Below the pieces are notes generated by a model. That model ran no database searches, was not told the origin of the DNA, and was given only the letters and a program-made list of their open reading frames with translations. From an uncultured Planctomycetota bacterium (GTDB lineage Bacteria > Planctomycetota > Planctomycetia > Pirellulales > Lacipirellulaceae), in contig CAVRBU010000003.1 in NCBI GenBank assembly GCA_963719315.1, positions 160,001 to 224,000 on the forward strand: a stretch of 64,000 nucleotides of DNA, in the 5' to 3' direction. The position numbers and the translations under genes are program-made. Of the stretch, positions 1-9,948 are shown piece by piece (position 1 is the stretch's first letter; each line of letters begins with the position of its first letter).

Positions 1-252
1 TCGAGCGACATCCTGCAGCGCGAGGCGATTCAGCGCCGCCAGGCGGCCCAGCATCACACGCCGCGTCCTGCGTCCAGTGGCTCGCACGTATTCGACGACC
101 CCGCGGAAGGAGTCGACTCTCCCAGCAGCAGCACCAGCGGCAGCCTGCTGGGCTCCAGCGTGATCCGCCACAACATCAAATGCAAATGCGGCCAACACGT
201 CCCCATGTGGTACGCCCGCTGCCCGGCGTGCGGGGCGTATCTGGATCATTGA
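1..252 (+). CDS. 3' end of a protein with a C-terminal zinc-ribbon motif (truncated by window start)
   Basis: Frame 1 is open from base 1 to TGA at 250-252 and ends ...HNIKCKCGQHVPMWYARCPACGAYLDH (CxC-x10-CxxC). Confidence 0.7.
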   Translation, partial: SSDILQREAIQRRQAAQHHTPRPASSGSHVFDDPAEGVDSPSSSTSGSLLGSSVIRHNIKCKCGQHVPMWYARCPACGAYLDH

Positions 253-445
253 ATGACTCGCCGCGCAAGAATGTCGTGTCGCGATCAAACGCCTTCTCTA
301 CTCTCTCGCGCCGATCACCAGAATTGGTTGCGCTATTGCACATTCTTGCGACGCTATCATCGCAACATGATATATAATTCGTGCGCCTGATATTGGCGTC
401 GAAGCAAAAACCGTCAAGCGTCCGGGACGGATAAGAGGAGTTGCT

Positions 446-2750
446 ATGACTCGACTTGCTGTTCTCCTGCTTTTTGTCACAAGTGCGTGTGTCTCCAGCG
501 GCTGTGCCGAGGGATCCAAAGCAGATTCGATACCTCGTGTCTCAACTCAGCAACAGCGGTTTGATGATCTCCTCGCTAAGTATCCCGATTTGACGTTTCA
601 GCAATTGACCAACCAAACGCCGCAGCGCGGTTACGTGGAGCAACTTTCGTTCGACCCGGCCAAGGCCAAATTCTATGAAGAAACCGCGAATCGACTGCAA
701 TTGACGGACCTCGAGCAGAAAATGTTGCGAAAGCAGGGGTTTGTTTCCGTTGACTACGATCAACGATTCAGCTTTGGTTCGCTTTATTTTGCCGTCTATA
801 CGAACGATTTGCCGGTGTTGGTCACGACCGACTCGATTCTGCACGCTATGCACCGCACCTATGACGATATACTCATGGAATTGGAGCAGACATTGTTTAC
901 CTCGGCGCTCGACGAAGTGCTCAGCGGGTCGCACGACAGTCTCGCGCGCTTAGAGCCGCAATCGGGCGCGGTAACCAAGAGCTGCAAGGACGTTCGACCT
1001 GTATCTCACCGTCGCCCGCAACCTGCTCAAGGGCGCCGGCGCGCCCGCCGCCGAGAAAGTGCGTCCCGGCATAGATGCTTGGAACGGAACGCTGCTCGTG
1101 CGATCTCAGCTAGGCCAAGACAAAGAGGCAGAGGAGATTCTAGATCTGATCCAGTCGCTCGTCCTGCAGTCTCCGTTGAAAGGCGAATTCACGCACATCT
1201 ATGGCGGCACGCGCGCGATCGACTACTCGCAGTTCAAGCCGCGCGGTCATTACTTGAAGACGGTGCTATTGTCGCGTTACTTTCGCACAATGATGTGGCT
1301 GGGCCGCGCCGACACGGGTTGGAATGTTCTGCCTCCCGATCGGCAGTCCGGAATCGTCAGCGATAGTCCGCGCGAATTGCGCGATGCCGCGCTGCTGACC
1401 GACGTTTTGCAATCGAGCGGCGGCATCGAGCGTTTGCGGCAGATCAGCCAGATTCTCGACTTCATGGTGGGCGAGAGCGACAATCTGACCGTCTTTCAAA
1501 CGGCGGACCTGCTTCAACAGCAGAAAATCGCGGGCATTGGCGACCTCGCGTCGAGCCAGCAAATCGACGCGCTTCAAGATGCACTCCGCAAGTGCGATCT
1601 GGGTACTCAACGGATTCATTCTCAAGTCGTCCTGTCCGGCCCGACTGATCTTTATCAAGTTCCGCCGCCCAGCACCTTCCAGATGTTCGGACAACGATTC
1701 GCGGTGGACTCGTATGTACTATCCAAAGTTGTCTACGACTCGATTGTCTTCGACGGCAAAAAAGTGCGGCGAACGATGCCCACCGGCGCTGACGTGATGT
1801 TCGCCCTGGGCAATGACTCGGTGCTTCCGCTGCTTGAAGAAGAAATGGTCAAACTTCCTTATGCGCCCAATCTAAAGGCCTGCCAAGAGTTTGTCGGCCA
1901 ATTTCAAGATTCCTTCTGGCGCGGCAACCTGTACAACATTTGGCTCGATTCACTGCGCACTTTGGCCGCCGACCCGTCGTCCGAAAAGCATTTTCCGGAG
2001 GCCATGCGAACCGCAGCCTGGCAACGAAAGCAACTCCAGACGCAATTGGCGTCCTGGGCCGAATTGCGGCACGACAACGTGCTCTATGTGAAGCAGTCTT
2101 ATACGAGCGAGGTAAGTTGCGAATATCCGACCGGTTACGTGGAGCCCTATCCGGAAACGTACGCCCGCATCAAGTTCTTTGCCGAAGAGGCGGCGCGACG
2201 GATCGGGTCCGCCGATTTCCTGCTTGCTGGCCGTAACCATAACGACATCCAACAGCGGCAGGTTAAGTTTTTCCAACAGATGGCCGGGATACTTGAGAAA
2301 TTGGAAACTTTATCGGAGAAGGAACTGGCCGCCCAGCCGTTTACTGAACAGGAACAAGCCTGGGTGAAAAAAGTCATCGATAAACGAGGCGGGGGCAGCG
2401 GCGCGCCAAGGTATTCTGGCTGGTACACCGAACTCTTTTACGGCGGCGGATGGAAGTGCGCTGAATGGGCTCCGACGGTCATCGACGTTCACACCGACCC
2501 CGATTCACAGTCGGTCCTGGAACAAGGTGTCGGCAATTGCAATTTTCTGATCGTTGCCGTTGACAACGAGGACGACCGCATGATCTACGTCGGTCCCTCG
2601 TATTCTTACTACGAGTTCCACCAGTCGGCAGAGAATCGGCTCACGGATGAACTGTGGACGCAAATGCTCGTGACAGAGCAAGCACCCCCGCGGCCGCCTT
2701 GGACCGATGATTTTCAGGCGCCCAAATTGAAACGCAACCTGGGGAAGTAA
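446..2750 (+). CDS. DUF3160 domain-containing exported protein (frameshift near 993)
   Basis: Signal/lipoprotein-like N-terminus; motifs LVTTDSILHAMH, DYSQFKPRGHY, LASWAELRHDNVLYVKQSY, GYVEPYPE. ORFs 446-1366 and 1059-2750 join if one T is removed from gacgttcgacctg (gives DVDLYLTVARNLL). Confidence 0.85.
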
Positions 2751-3001
2751 TGCGGCAACCATCCATCAAAAGCAATCATTGCTTGCAACGTCGGGGCCGA
2801 AGTAGCTGGATTCGCAAGAATTCAGACCGGCCGTTTCCCTGAACCTGAATTCTTGCGAATCCAGCTACTCATTCTCCGAAGAGATTCCGGCATGGACGCC
2901 AGCCGATTTCTTCTGCTAAGGTCCGCAACTTTTCGGAAGTTTCGCGAAGGCGATTTCTGTTCATGTTCATGGTCTGTTCTGTGGCTGCGCGCTCTTGTTC
3001 T

Positions 3002-3700
3002 ATGACCCAACGAGTCGCACGAAACTGCTGGCCGGTCGCTATTGCGCTGGCTGCACTCGCGGGTTGCCAGACGATCGCCGAGCATCGGCCGACGTTCTGG
3101 CCGTTTCCCGAACGGAAGCTGACCACATACCACACGCCCGCGATGCGGGTCGACGCCGTCCGCGAATTCGCCATGCGCTCGACGGGTGTCGATTCGCCCG
3201 ATCAGCGGCAAATCACCGATCAATTGGCCCGACAAATCCAGGTCGAACCGGACCCGCTGGTGCGGCAGGCCGTAGTGCGGGCCATTGCCGCGTTCCACAC
3301 GCCGTTGTCTCAACAAGTGCTGGAAGCAGGCTTGAACGATGAGAACGACGCGGTGCGAATCGAATGTTGCGGGGCGCTGGGGCATCGCGCCGAAGTAGCG
3401 TCGGTGAATAGTCTGGCCACGGCGCTTCGCGGCGACAAGAACGGGGACGTGAAGATGGCCGCGGCCGAAGCGCTCGGCAAAATCAAATCCCCCGAGGCGG
3501 TCAGAGCGCTGGCCGTCGCGCTCGACGATCGCGACCCGGCGATGCAGTATGTGGGCGTGCAATCATTGAAGTCGATCACCGGCAAAGACTACGGCCCAGA
3601 CGTGCAAGCGTGGCGGCAAGTCGCCGCCGGCGGCACGCCGCCACCGACAGCAGCACCTTCGATCGCGGAGCGCGTGAAAGGCCTGTCGCCCTTCAAATAG
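3002..3700 (+). CDS. HEAT-repeat lipoprotein
   Basis: Lipobox LAGC after a hydrophobic stretch; repeated DxDxxVRxxAxxALG units; ATG 3002 preferred as start. Confidence 0.85.
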   Translation: MTQRVARNCWPVAIALAALAGCQTIAEHRPTFWPFPERKLTTYHTPAMRVDAVREFAMRSTGVDSPDQRQITDQLARQIQVEPDPLVRQAVVRAIAAFHTPLSQQVLEAGLNDENDAVRIECCGALGHRAEVASVNSLATALRGDKNGDVKMAAAEALGKIKSPEAVRALAVALDDRDPAMQYVGVQSLKSITGKDYGPDVQAWRQVAAGGTPPPTAAPSIAERVKGLSPFK

Positions 3701-3713
3701 ATTATAGATTAAC

Positions 3714-3765
3714 GTAGGGTGGGCACTCCCAACCACTCGTTCTTGGTGGGCAGTGCCCACCCTAC
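3714..3765. repeat. GTAG-type REP doublet (REPIN-like inverted pair)
   Basis: GTAGGGTGGGCACTCCCAACC-N10-GGTGGGCAGTGCCCACCCTAC; 21-nt arms with 2 mismatches, just after a stop codon. Confidence 0.8.
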
Positions 3766-4146
3766 ATCGCCTCCACTTGCTCTCGTTCCATGCTCGCCGC
3801 TTTCTTCGTGCTAGCACTCTCTTCAGCTTTGGAAAAAAAGAGCGCGTCGGCACATCTTGTCTGCCTCCGCCCCGTGCTACCCGTGCCATATTAAACTCGC
3901 CTCTTTGGCCTGAATTTCAGGCTAGGTTGGCCCGATACCAGTTCAGGGGCCATACCTCTTTCGCTTGCGCGGGATCGTATCTGCCAGTTTGCGTCATTAC
4001 ACAAACTTGGCACGATGCGGGGCCTTTTTGGATCGGCCTCGAAGCGCAAGCCTGTCTCTGTTCCGCGTCTTCAAATTGGTGCGAGTCTCGTTGTCGATCC
4101 GCATTTGAGTGAAATCATGGGCCGATAACGCCAAGAAGCTGCCCGC

Positions 4147-6021
4147 ATGACCAAAGTAAACTATCCGATTCAACGTTCGACTCCCGCTGCCAGTTCGCGT
4201 CAACGCTGCTGGTTGCTGATCACGTTTGTGGCTGCTGCCGGCTGCACGTGGTTGGCTGTGACCAATGGCGCCGAACAGAACGATTCGGGTTGGGCAATCG
4301 CCGCACCCTCGCCACTAGCGACCGGAGGGAAAACCGCCAATCTGCATCAGCAGATGATTTTGCGGCGCTTGCTCGATGAAACGGAACGGCCGCTCTTGTC
4401 GAAGCCTTCGCCAACGTCTTCGGCGCAACAAGTCACTGAATCGGGCCAAACCGGCTTGCGGTTCGCGGTTAGGTCGGATGGACCCGATGGCTGGCGCACT
4501 GTCGGACAATCGACTTCGCCATCTGGCGAAAATGCGCGTGGACTTGCTGCATCCGAAGCTGCGATGCCGCATATTGGCCGGCCGGCGGCCGCAGCCGCCC
4601 AGAAGAATTTGTTCGAGCTCGACTGCAGCGGCGAAGCGGTTCCTGCGAGCGAACCTAGGAGGCCTCATCCACCGATCGCAACGCCTGCCTTAGCCGACGC
4701 CTACGGCAACCTGCCGGCGCCCACAAACCCTATTACTGAGGAAGAAGAAACCGGTCGGGGCAGCCTTACAGAAGCACTTGAGCAAGACGACGACGAAATC
4801 TCGATTACCGAATCCGACGCCGATGATACTACGGCGGCCGAGGACGGAGTAAACGACTCGACCACGACGATCGAAATCGTGGGTCCGACAAATCGGCCGA
4901 CGAACACGCCGGCTACCTGTAAGCCGCACGTCGATTCAACCGCCAAGCCGGCGCCGCCCGCGCCGGAGGAAGTCGCTCCGCCGCCGCTTACGAAACAATT
5001 GATGTATTTGCGGACACGCGTCCGCAGCGTGTTGAGCGGCTACTACCGCAAAGACCTCAATAGCCGCGACAACGACCCGTGGGAAGTGATGCACGGGATG
5101 CTGGCCTACGGCGTCCATAGCCACATTCGCCAGGGCAGCCCGCGCGGCGAAGCAATCACCAGCGTCGGCTGGCTCTGCTACAACAAGCCGTGCAAAGGCC
5201 AAACATTGATGTACGTGAATCCGCAGGGCGAAGTGCGGGCCAAGTACGGCGTAGGATTGCAAGGCCACCTTGGTCAATTGTTGGCCATGCTGGCCCAGTG
5301 CCACGTTTCAGACGAGTACCCGATTCGCGTCGGCAACAAGGAATTCACGATCCGCGACTTGATCGAATCGGAAAAGAAAACCTGTTATCCGAAATCGGAG
5401 CTCACGTTCAAACTGATCGCCTTGCAACACTACATCGATTTGAACGACAAATGGGTCAACGACCAGGGCGTCGACTGGGATATTCCGCGGCTCATGCGCG
5501 AGGAGATGGCCCAGCCGATTCGCGGCGCCGCGTGCGGCGGTACCCACCGCCTCTCCGGGCTGAGCCTAACGGTGAAAACCCGTCTCCGTCGCGGCGAGCC
5601 GCTGGATGGAGAATACGCGAGGGCCGATGAGTTCATCAAGAAGTATCAGCAGTACGCCTTCCGTTTGCAGAACCGCGACGGAAGCTTGAGCACCTCCTGG
5701 TTCCGCGGCGCCGGCGACGACGACGACATCAATCGCCGAATCAAGACGACGGGCCACATTTTGGAATGGCTCTGCTACTCGCTCTCCGATGAAGAACTCC
5801 GCGAACCGCGGACGTTTCGGGCCGTGACGTACCTGGCGAACCTGATGTATTCCAACTACGACAACGACTGGGAAATCGGTCCAAGGTGTCATGCCACGCA
5901 CGCACTTCTGCTGTACGATGAGCGCGTGTTTCGGCCGTTCGATAAAGAGGGCGCGGTGGCCTCCTATCGGCCAGGTAGTCGCGTGGCCACTGGCAACCAC
6001 CAGAATTCGACCAGGCATTGA
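4147..6021 (+). CDS. Planctomycete conserved hypothetical protein: N-terminal anchor, long acidic/Pro-rich linker, His/Cys-rich C-terminal helical domain
   Basis: 624-aa ORF with genome-typical codon use in its 3' half; motifs PWEVMHGMLAYG, QGHLGQ, AACGGTH, TTGHILEWL, CHATHAL. Confidence 0.75.
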   Translation: MTKVNYPIQRSTPAASSRQRCWLLITFVAAAGCTWLAVTNGAEQNDSGWAIAAPSPLATGGKTANLHQQMILRRLLDETERPLLSKPSPTSSAQQVTESGQTGLRFAVRSDGPDGWRTVGQSTSPSGENARGLAASEAAMPHIGRPAAAAAQKNLFELDCSGEAVPASEPRRPHPPIATPALADAYGNLPAPTNPITEEEETGRGSLTEALEQDDDEISITESDADDTTAAEDGVNDSTTTIEIVGPTNRPTNTPATCKPHVDSTAKPAPPAPEEVAPPPLTKQLMYLRTRVRSVLSGYYRKDLNSRDNDPWEVMHGMLAYGVHSHIRQGSPRGEAITSVGWLCYNKPCKGQTLMYVNPQGEVRAKYGVGLQGHLGQLLAMLAQCHVSDEYPIRVGNKEFTIRDLIESEKKTCYPKSELTFKLIALQHYIDLNDKWVNDQGVDWDIPRLMREEMAQPIRGAACGGTHRLSGLSLTVKTRLRRGEPLDGEYARADEFIKKYQQYAFRLQNRDGSLSTSWFRGAGDDDDINRRIKTTGHILEWLCYSLSDEELREPRTFRAVTYLANLMYSNYDNDWEIGPRCHATHALLLYDERVFRPFDKEGAVASYRPGSRVATGNHQNSTRH

Positions 6022-6241
6022 TTGTGCCGCTGTCGGCTCGCTTTTCTTGTGGATCGGGCGCACTTGCCCGCCCTCGCGCATTGAATTCCCGGGCGCAACG
6101 GTTTACATTGCGTCGGTTGCGTTCTTCCAGGCCCGGATGCTTGCCGCTAAGCAATAACGTATGCTTTAGCGGCCCGATTGCCGCGGCATCGTGGCCGTCT
6201 CCGGTTGTGGCCTCACGCGCTCAGTTTTCACACGGTTTGCT

Positions 6242-7192
6242 ATGCCGGTTCCTCGCAAGTTTACGGATCAAATGCAGGCGTTTTGCGAAATGGCCGATCG
6301 CCTGGCCACGTCGCATGATGCCGATGCCATGCTGTTCTTGATGGAGCGGCCTACCGATTGGACGCGCCTCCGGCAGGCCGCTGGCCAGCACACCGTATTG
6401 TTGGCGGGCGACACTCAGGAAACGCTCGAAGGCGCGGGCGAAGAGGATTTTGAAACAATCCTGCTCAACATGCCTTCCGAAACGCCCGTGTATGAGCGGC
6501 TGACGCAGTCGCTTCTGGAAGCGGTGGCCGAGGATCTTCTCCCGGCCGGGGCGTCGGTTGTGGCGGTTTACAGCGGCTTTGAACCAACAGTCATCGATTC
6601 GCTGAGCATTATCCGACTCGGCGAGCATTTGGGGCAATTGACGGTCCGCGATCTGCGCCAGCTCAAGACTCGCATTCCTCTCGATTCGCTGAAGACGGTT
6701 GTCGATTTAGCGGTGGATATCGGTCGCGACGGGCGCGAGGGCAAACCGGTGGGCACGTTGTTTGTCGTCGGCGATCATCGCAAAGTGCTGAGCTTCTGCC
6801 GGCCGATGGGGTTTGACCCGTTGCGGGGCTACAGTCGCGCGGAGCGGCATCTGGGCGATGGGAAGGTCCGTGAGGGAGTCAAGGAAATCGCGCAGCTCGA
6901 CGGCGCCTTTATCGTCTCGTCCGATGGACATGTAGTGGCCGGTGCACAGCAAATCAACGCGCCGCGCTCGACCGACTTGTCGCTTCCCAAGGGTTTTGGA
7001 GCGCGGCATTGGGCTGCGGCCGAAATCAGCCGGGCGACCACCGCGGTTGCGATTACGGTCAGCGAATCGACTGGCACGGTGCGGCTGTTCCAAAGCGGCG
7101 AAGTAATGCTTCGCATTGAACCGTTCCGCCGGGCTATGAAGTGGATCGACTTCGACACCGAACCGACGCCGCCGCCGAATCCAGACAAGTAA
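6242..7192 (+). CDS. Diadenylate cyclase (DisA_N/DAC domain) with a soluble N-terminal domain
   Basis: GREGKPVGTLFVVGD, AQLDGAFIV (DGA motif), GFGARHWAA (RHR-like motif), AITVSESTG; ATG 6242 preferred. Confidence 0.85.
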   Translation: MPVPRKFTDQMQAFCEMADRLATSHDADAMLFLMERPTDWTRLRQAAGQHTVLLAGDTQETLEGAGEEDFETILLNMPSETPVYERLTQSLLEAVAEDLLPAGASVVAVYSGFEPTVIDSLSIIRLGEHLGQLTVRDLRQLKTRIPLDSLKTVVDLAVDIGRDGREGKPVGTLFVVGDHRKVLSFCRPMGFDPLRGYSRAERHLGDGKVREGVKEIAQLDGAFIVSSDGHVVAGAQQINAPRSTDLSLPKGFGARHWAAAEISRATTAVAITVSESTGTVRLFQSGEVMLRIEPFRRAMKWIDFDTEPTPPPNPDK

Positions 7193-7227
7193 TGAAGGAA
7201 GAAAATTGACAAATGGCCACGAATTCG

Positions 7228-8052
7228 TCAGTCGCCATTCGTCAGTTGTGAATTTGGCAACGCTGCCAGCAACTCCGCCACGTAATCGCCGACTTCGCGA
7301 AGCACCTTCTCGCGCGGCTGCTCGGCCGCCGTTGCGATCCGCCGCACAATGGCCGAGCCAACGATGAGCCCATCGGCCACCGGTGCCAGCAACCGTACGT
7401 GCTGGGGCTTGCTGATCCCGAAGCCGATGCAAATCGGCAGTCCGGTTTGTGTCCGCAGCCAGCCCACGTTTTCGACCAACTCCGGCGGCAGCGCCGTCCG
7501 CTCGCCCGTAATGCCGGCCAGCGACACGTAATACAGAAATCCAGTGGACGTTTCGGCGATCCGCACCGCCCGATCTCGCGGCGTCGTGGGTGTCACGAGT
7601 TGAATCAGACTGATACTACGAGCCGCGCAAATCTTTGCCAGAGCCGCAGATTCTTCAACCGGCAAGTCCGGTACGATGAGCCCGGCCAAGCCGCGTTTGC
7701 AAACGTCATCGACGTACTGTTCGAGCCCGCGGCGATAAACGATCGCGTAGCTGACCATCGTCACCAGCGGCGCGGCCACCTTGGTCGAAACGTCGCCGAG
7801 CGTCTTGAGAATGTCGCCCAGTTTGATCTTGTGCGCGAGAGCCCGCGTGTAGGACGCCTGAATCACCGGTCCATCCGCAATCGGATCGCTATACGGAATA
7901 CCGACCTCGCACAAGTGGCACCCTCGTCCGACCACTTCCTTTAGCACTGCCGCCGTAAAGTCCAGATCAGGATCGCCAGCCGTAATGAACGGCATCAGCG
8001 CCTTCCGCTTCTCGCGGCGGAGCTTCGCAAACAGTTCATCGACAATTGACAT
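7228..8052 (-). CDS. trpA: Tryptophan synthase alpha chain
   Basis: PFITAGDP, EVGIPYSDPIADGPVIQ, GLIVPDLP, GFGIS, DGLIVGSA. Confidence 0.98.
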   Translation of the reverse strand: MSIVDELFAKLRREKRKALMPFITAGDPDLDFTAAVLKEVVGRGCHLCEVGIPYSDPIADGPVIQASYTRALAHKIKLGDILKTLGDVSTKVAAPLVTMVSYAIVYRRGLEQYVDDVCKRGLAGLIVPDLPVEESAALAKICAARSISLIQLVTPTTPRDRAVRIAETSTGFLYYVSLAGITGERTALPPELVENVGWLRTQTGLPICIGFGISKPQHVRLLAPVADGLIVGSAIVRRIATAAEQPREKVLREVGDYVAELLAALPNSQLTNGD

Positions 8053-8076
8053 GCCAGTTGATTTCGGTTTTCGTGG

Positions 8077-8445
8077 TTATTTGGCAAAAAGTGAAATTGA
8101 AATGCTTGGCTTGACGGAGAGTTGCAGTCCTACCGGAATCACAAAATCCTTTTGAAAACGGTTGCCAAATACTTGGGCCGGGGCAAATTCCAAGAATTCA
8201 CCTCGTTCATCATCTACGTATCGAGTTGCGCTACAATTCAACATGTGAAAATCAATAACAGGGCGATCCACTCCCAAACGATAGACAGTGACGTAAATAT
8301 CGCCACATAAAGGATAAACGCTCAACTCAAGTTTCAAGCCATTCTTTTCGACGATATAGTGGAATTCGGTGCCATATTCATCAATCGTTGGAAGCACCTC
8401 CAAACACGTTGCAAAATCGGTTTCATCCCAAACGAGTTCGGGCAT
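8077..8445 (-). CDS. AT-rich hypothetical protein inserted between trpB and trpA (resembles Ypar14-type cassette proteins, from memory)
   Basis: 122-aa ORF MPELVWDETDFATCLEVLP...; co-oriented with trp genes; visibly lower GC than its flanks. Confidence 0.7.
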   Translation of the reverse strand: MPELVWDETDFATCLEVLPTIDEYGTEFHYIVEKNGLKLELSVYPLCGDIYVTVYRLGVDRPVIDFHMLNCSATRYVDDERGEFLEFAPAQVFGNRFQKDFVIPVGLQLSVKPSISISLFAK

Positions 8446-8470
8446 ATCGCACCGCCAAAAACATGTACCT

Positions 8471-9685
8471 CTATTTGCAATCCTTAAGCCGCGCGATCTC
8501 CGCAGCATCCTTATCGCCGCGGCCGGAGAGGCAGACGACGATCGTATGATCTTTAGGTTTGCTGCGGGCTAGTTCCAATGCCTTGGCGACGGCGTGTGAA
8601 CTTTCGAGCGCGGCCAGAATGCCTTCGCTGCGAGCGAGTGCATCGAACGCGGCCATCGCGTCTTTGTCGAGGCAATGCGTGTACGAGACTCGGCCGGAGT
8701 CTTTCCAGTAGCTGTGCTCAGGGCCAACGCCCGGGTAGTCGAGGCCGGCCGACATCGAGTGGACGTCGCAGGTTTGGCCGTCGTCATCCTGCAACACATA
8801 GCTATAACTGCCGTGGAGCACGCCGGGTCGGCCGTGGCTGAGCGGAGCCGCGTGATCGCCCGGTTTCGCGCCGTGGCCGCCGGCTTCAACGCCCACGAGC
8901 GCCACGCTCTTGTGTTCGATAAACGGATAGAACATACCCGCCGCGTTGCTGCCGCCGCCTACACAGGCCACCACCGTATTCGGCAGACGGCCCAACTGCT
9001 CGCGCGATTGCTCAATCGTCTCGCGCCCGATCACCGCTTGAAAATCGCGCACGATCCGCGGAAATGGGTGCGGCCCAACGACCGAACCCAAGATATAGTG
9101 CGTCGTTTCAACGCTCGACATCCAATCGCGCATCGCTTCGTTGATGGCATCCCGCAGCGTCCGTGAGCCGCTAGAAACCGGCCGCACCTCTGCCCCGAGC
9201 AGCTTCATGCTGAACACGTTCGGCGCCTGCCGGCGAATGTCCTCCTCGCCCATGTACACCACGCACTCCAAACCGAAGTGAGCACAGGCCGTCGCCGTCG
9301 CCACGCCGTGCTGGCCGGCGCCCGTCTCCGCGATCACACGCTTCTTGCCCATTTGCAGGGTGAGCAGCGCCTGGCCAAGCGTGTTGTTGATTTTGTGGGC
9401 GCCCGTGTGGTTGAGGTCCTCGCGCTTGAGCCAAATCTGCGCTCCGCCGCATTTCTCACTTAGCCGCCGCGTATGATAGAGCGGCGACGGCCGGCCTACA
9501 TAATTCTTCAGCAGCGAGGCTAATTCGGATTGAAACTTGGCATCCCCGCACGCTTTGTCGTACTCAATCGCCAACTCGTCGAGCGCACGAATGAGCGTCT
9601 CAGGCACATACCGCCCGCCAAATTGGCCGAACCGCCCAGCCGCATCCGGCACCTGCGTGCTAACATCAGTCATTGCCTTCGACAT
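8471..9685 (-). CDS. trpB: Tryptophan synthase beta chain
   Basis: [64 protein letters not shown] about 9 nt upstream of ATG 9685. Confidence 0.98.
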   Translation of the reverse strand: MSKAMTDVSTQVPDAAGRFGQFGGRYVPETLIRALDELAIEYDKACGDAKFQSELASLLKNYVGRPSPLYHTRRLSEKCGGAQIWLKREDLNHTGAHKINNTLGQALLTLQMGKKRVIAETGAGQHGVATATACAHFGLECVVYMGEEDIRRQAPNVFSMKLLGAEVRPVSSGSRTLRDAINEAMRDWMSSVETTHYILGSVVGPHPFPRIVRDFQAVIGRETIEQSREQLGRLPNTVVACVGGGSNAAGMFYPFIEHKSVALVGVEAGGHGAKPGDHAAPLSHGRPGVLHGSYSYVLQDDDGQTCDVHSMSAGLDYPGVGPEHSYWKDSGRVSYTHCLDKDAMAAFDALARSEGILAALESSHAVAKALELARSKPKDHTIVVCLSGRGDKDAAEIARLKDCK

Positions 9686-9744
9686 ACCCAAAATCTCCTC
9701 ACCTGATTCTCGACAGCCGCTCGGCTTTTATCAAGGCTGCAGGA

Positions 9745-9942
9745 TTAACCACGAAGTTCACAAAGAACACGAAGCAGAAAAATGCACAGATTAGACCGCT
9801 AATCTTCGCTAACGGGCGCTAATATGAACAGGAGCTTGACATTGAATATAGGATTTGCTGTTTCAATGGAAGTAGCGTTCATTGAGCGCACAGTTAGTGG
9901 CTTACTTTTCTCTTCCGTTTCCTTCGTGAACTTTGTGGTTAA
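9745..9942. repeat. Nested inverted microsatellite cassette (outer 9-mer CACGAAG-type arms, inner 10-mer CGCTAAT-type arms)
   Basis: TTAACCACGAAGTTCACAAAGAACACGAAG at 9745 pairs with ...CCTTCGTGAACTTTGTGGTTAA ending at 9942; inner ACCGCTAATCTTCGCTAACGGGCGCTAAT (9795-9823) pairs loosely with 9871-9900. Confidence 0.75.
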
Positions 9943-9948
9943 ATAGCT

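Noticed and set aside
8077..8445. True integron cassette array
   Set aside because: No attC-like structure or integrase visible; only a remembered protein similarity
9686..9948. trp attenuator or leader peptide
   Set aside because: No short Trp-rich ORF upstream of trpB; the spacer is occupied by repeats
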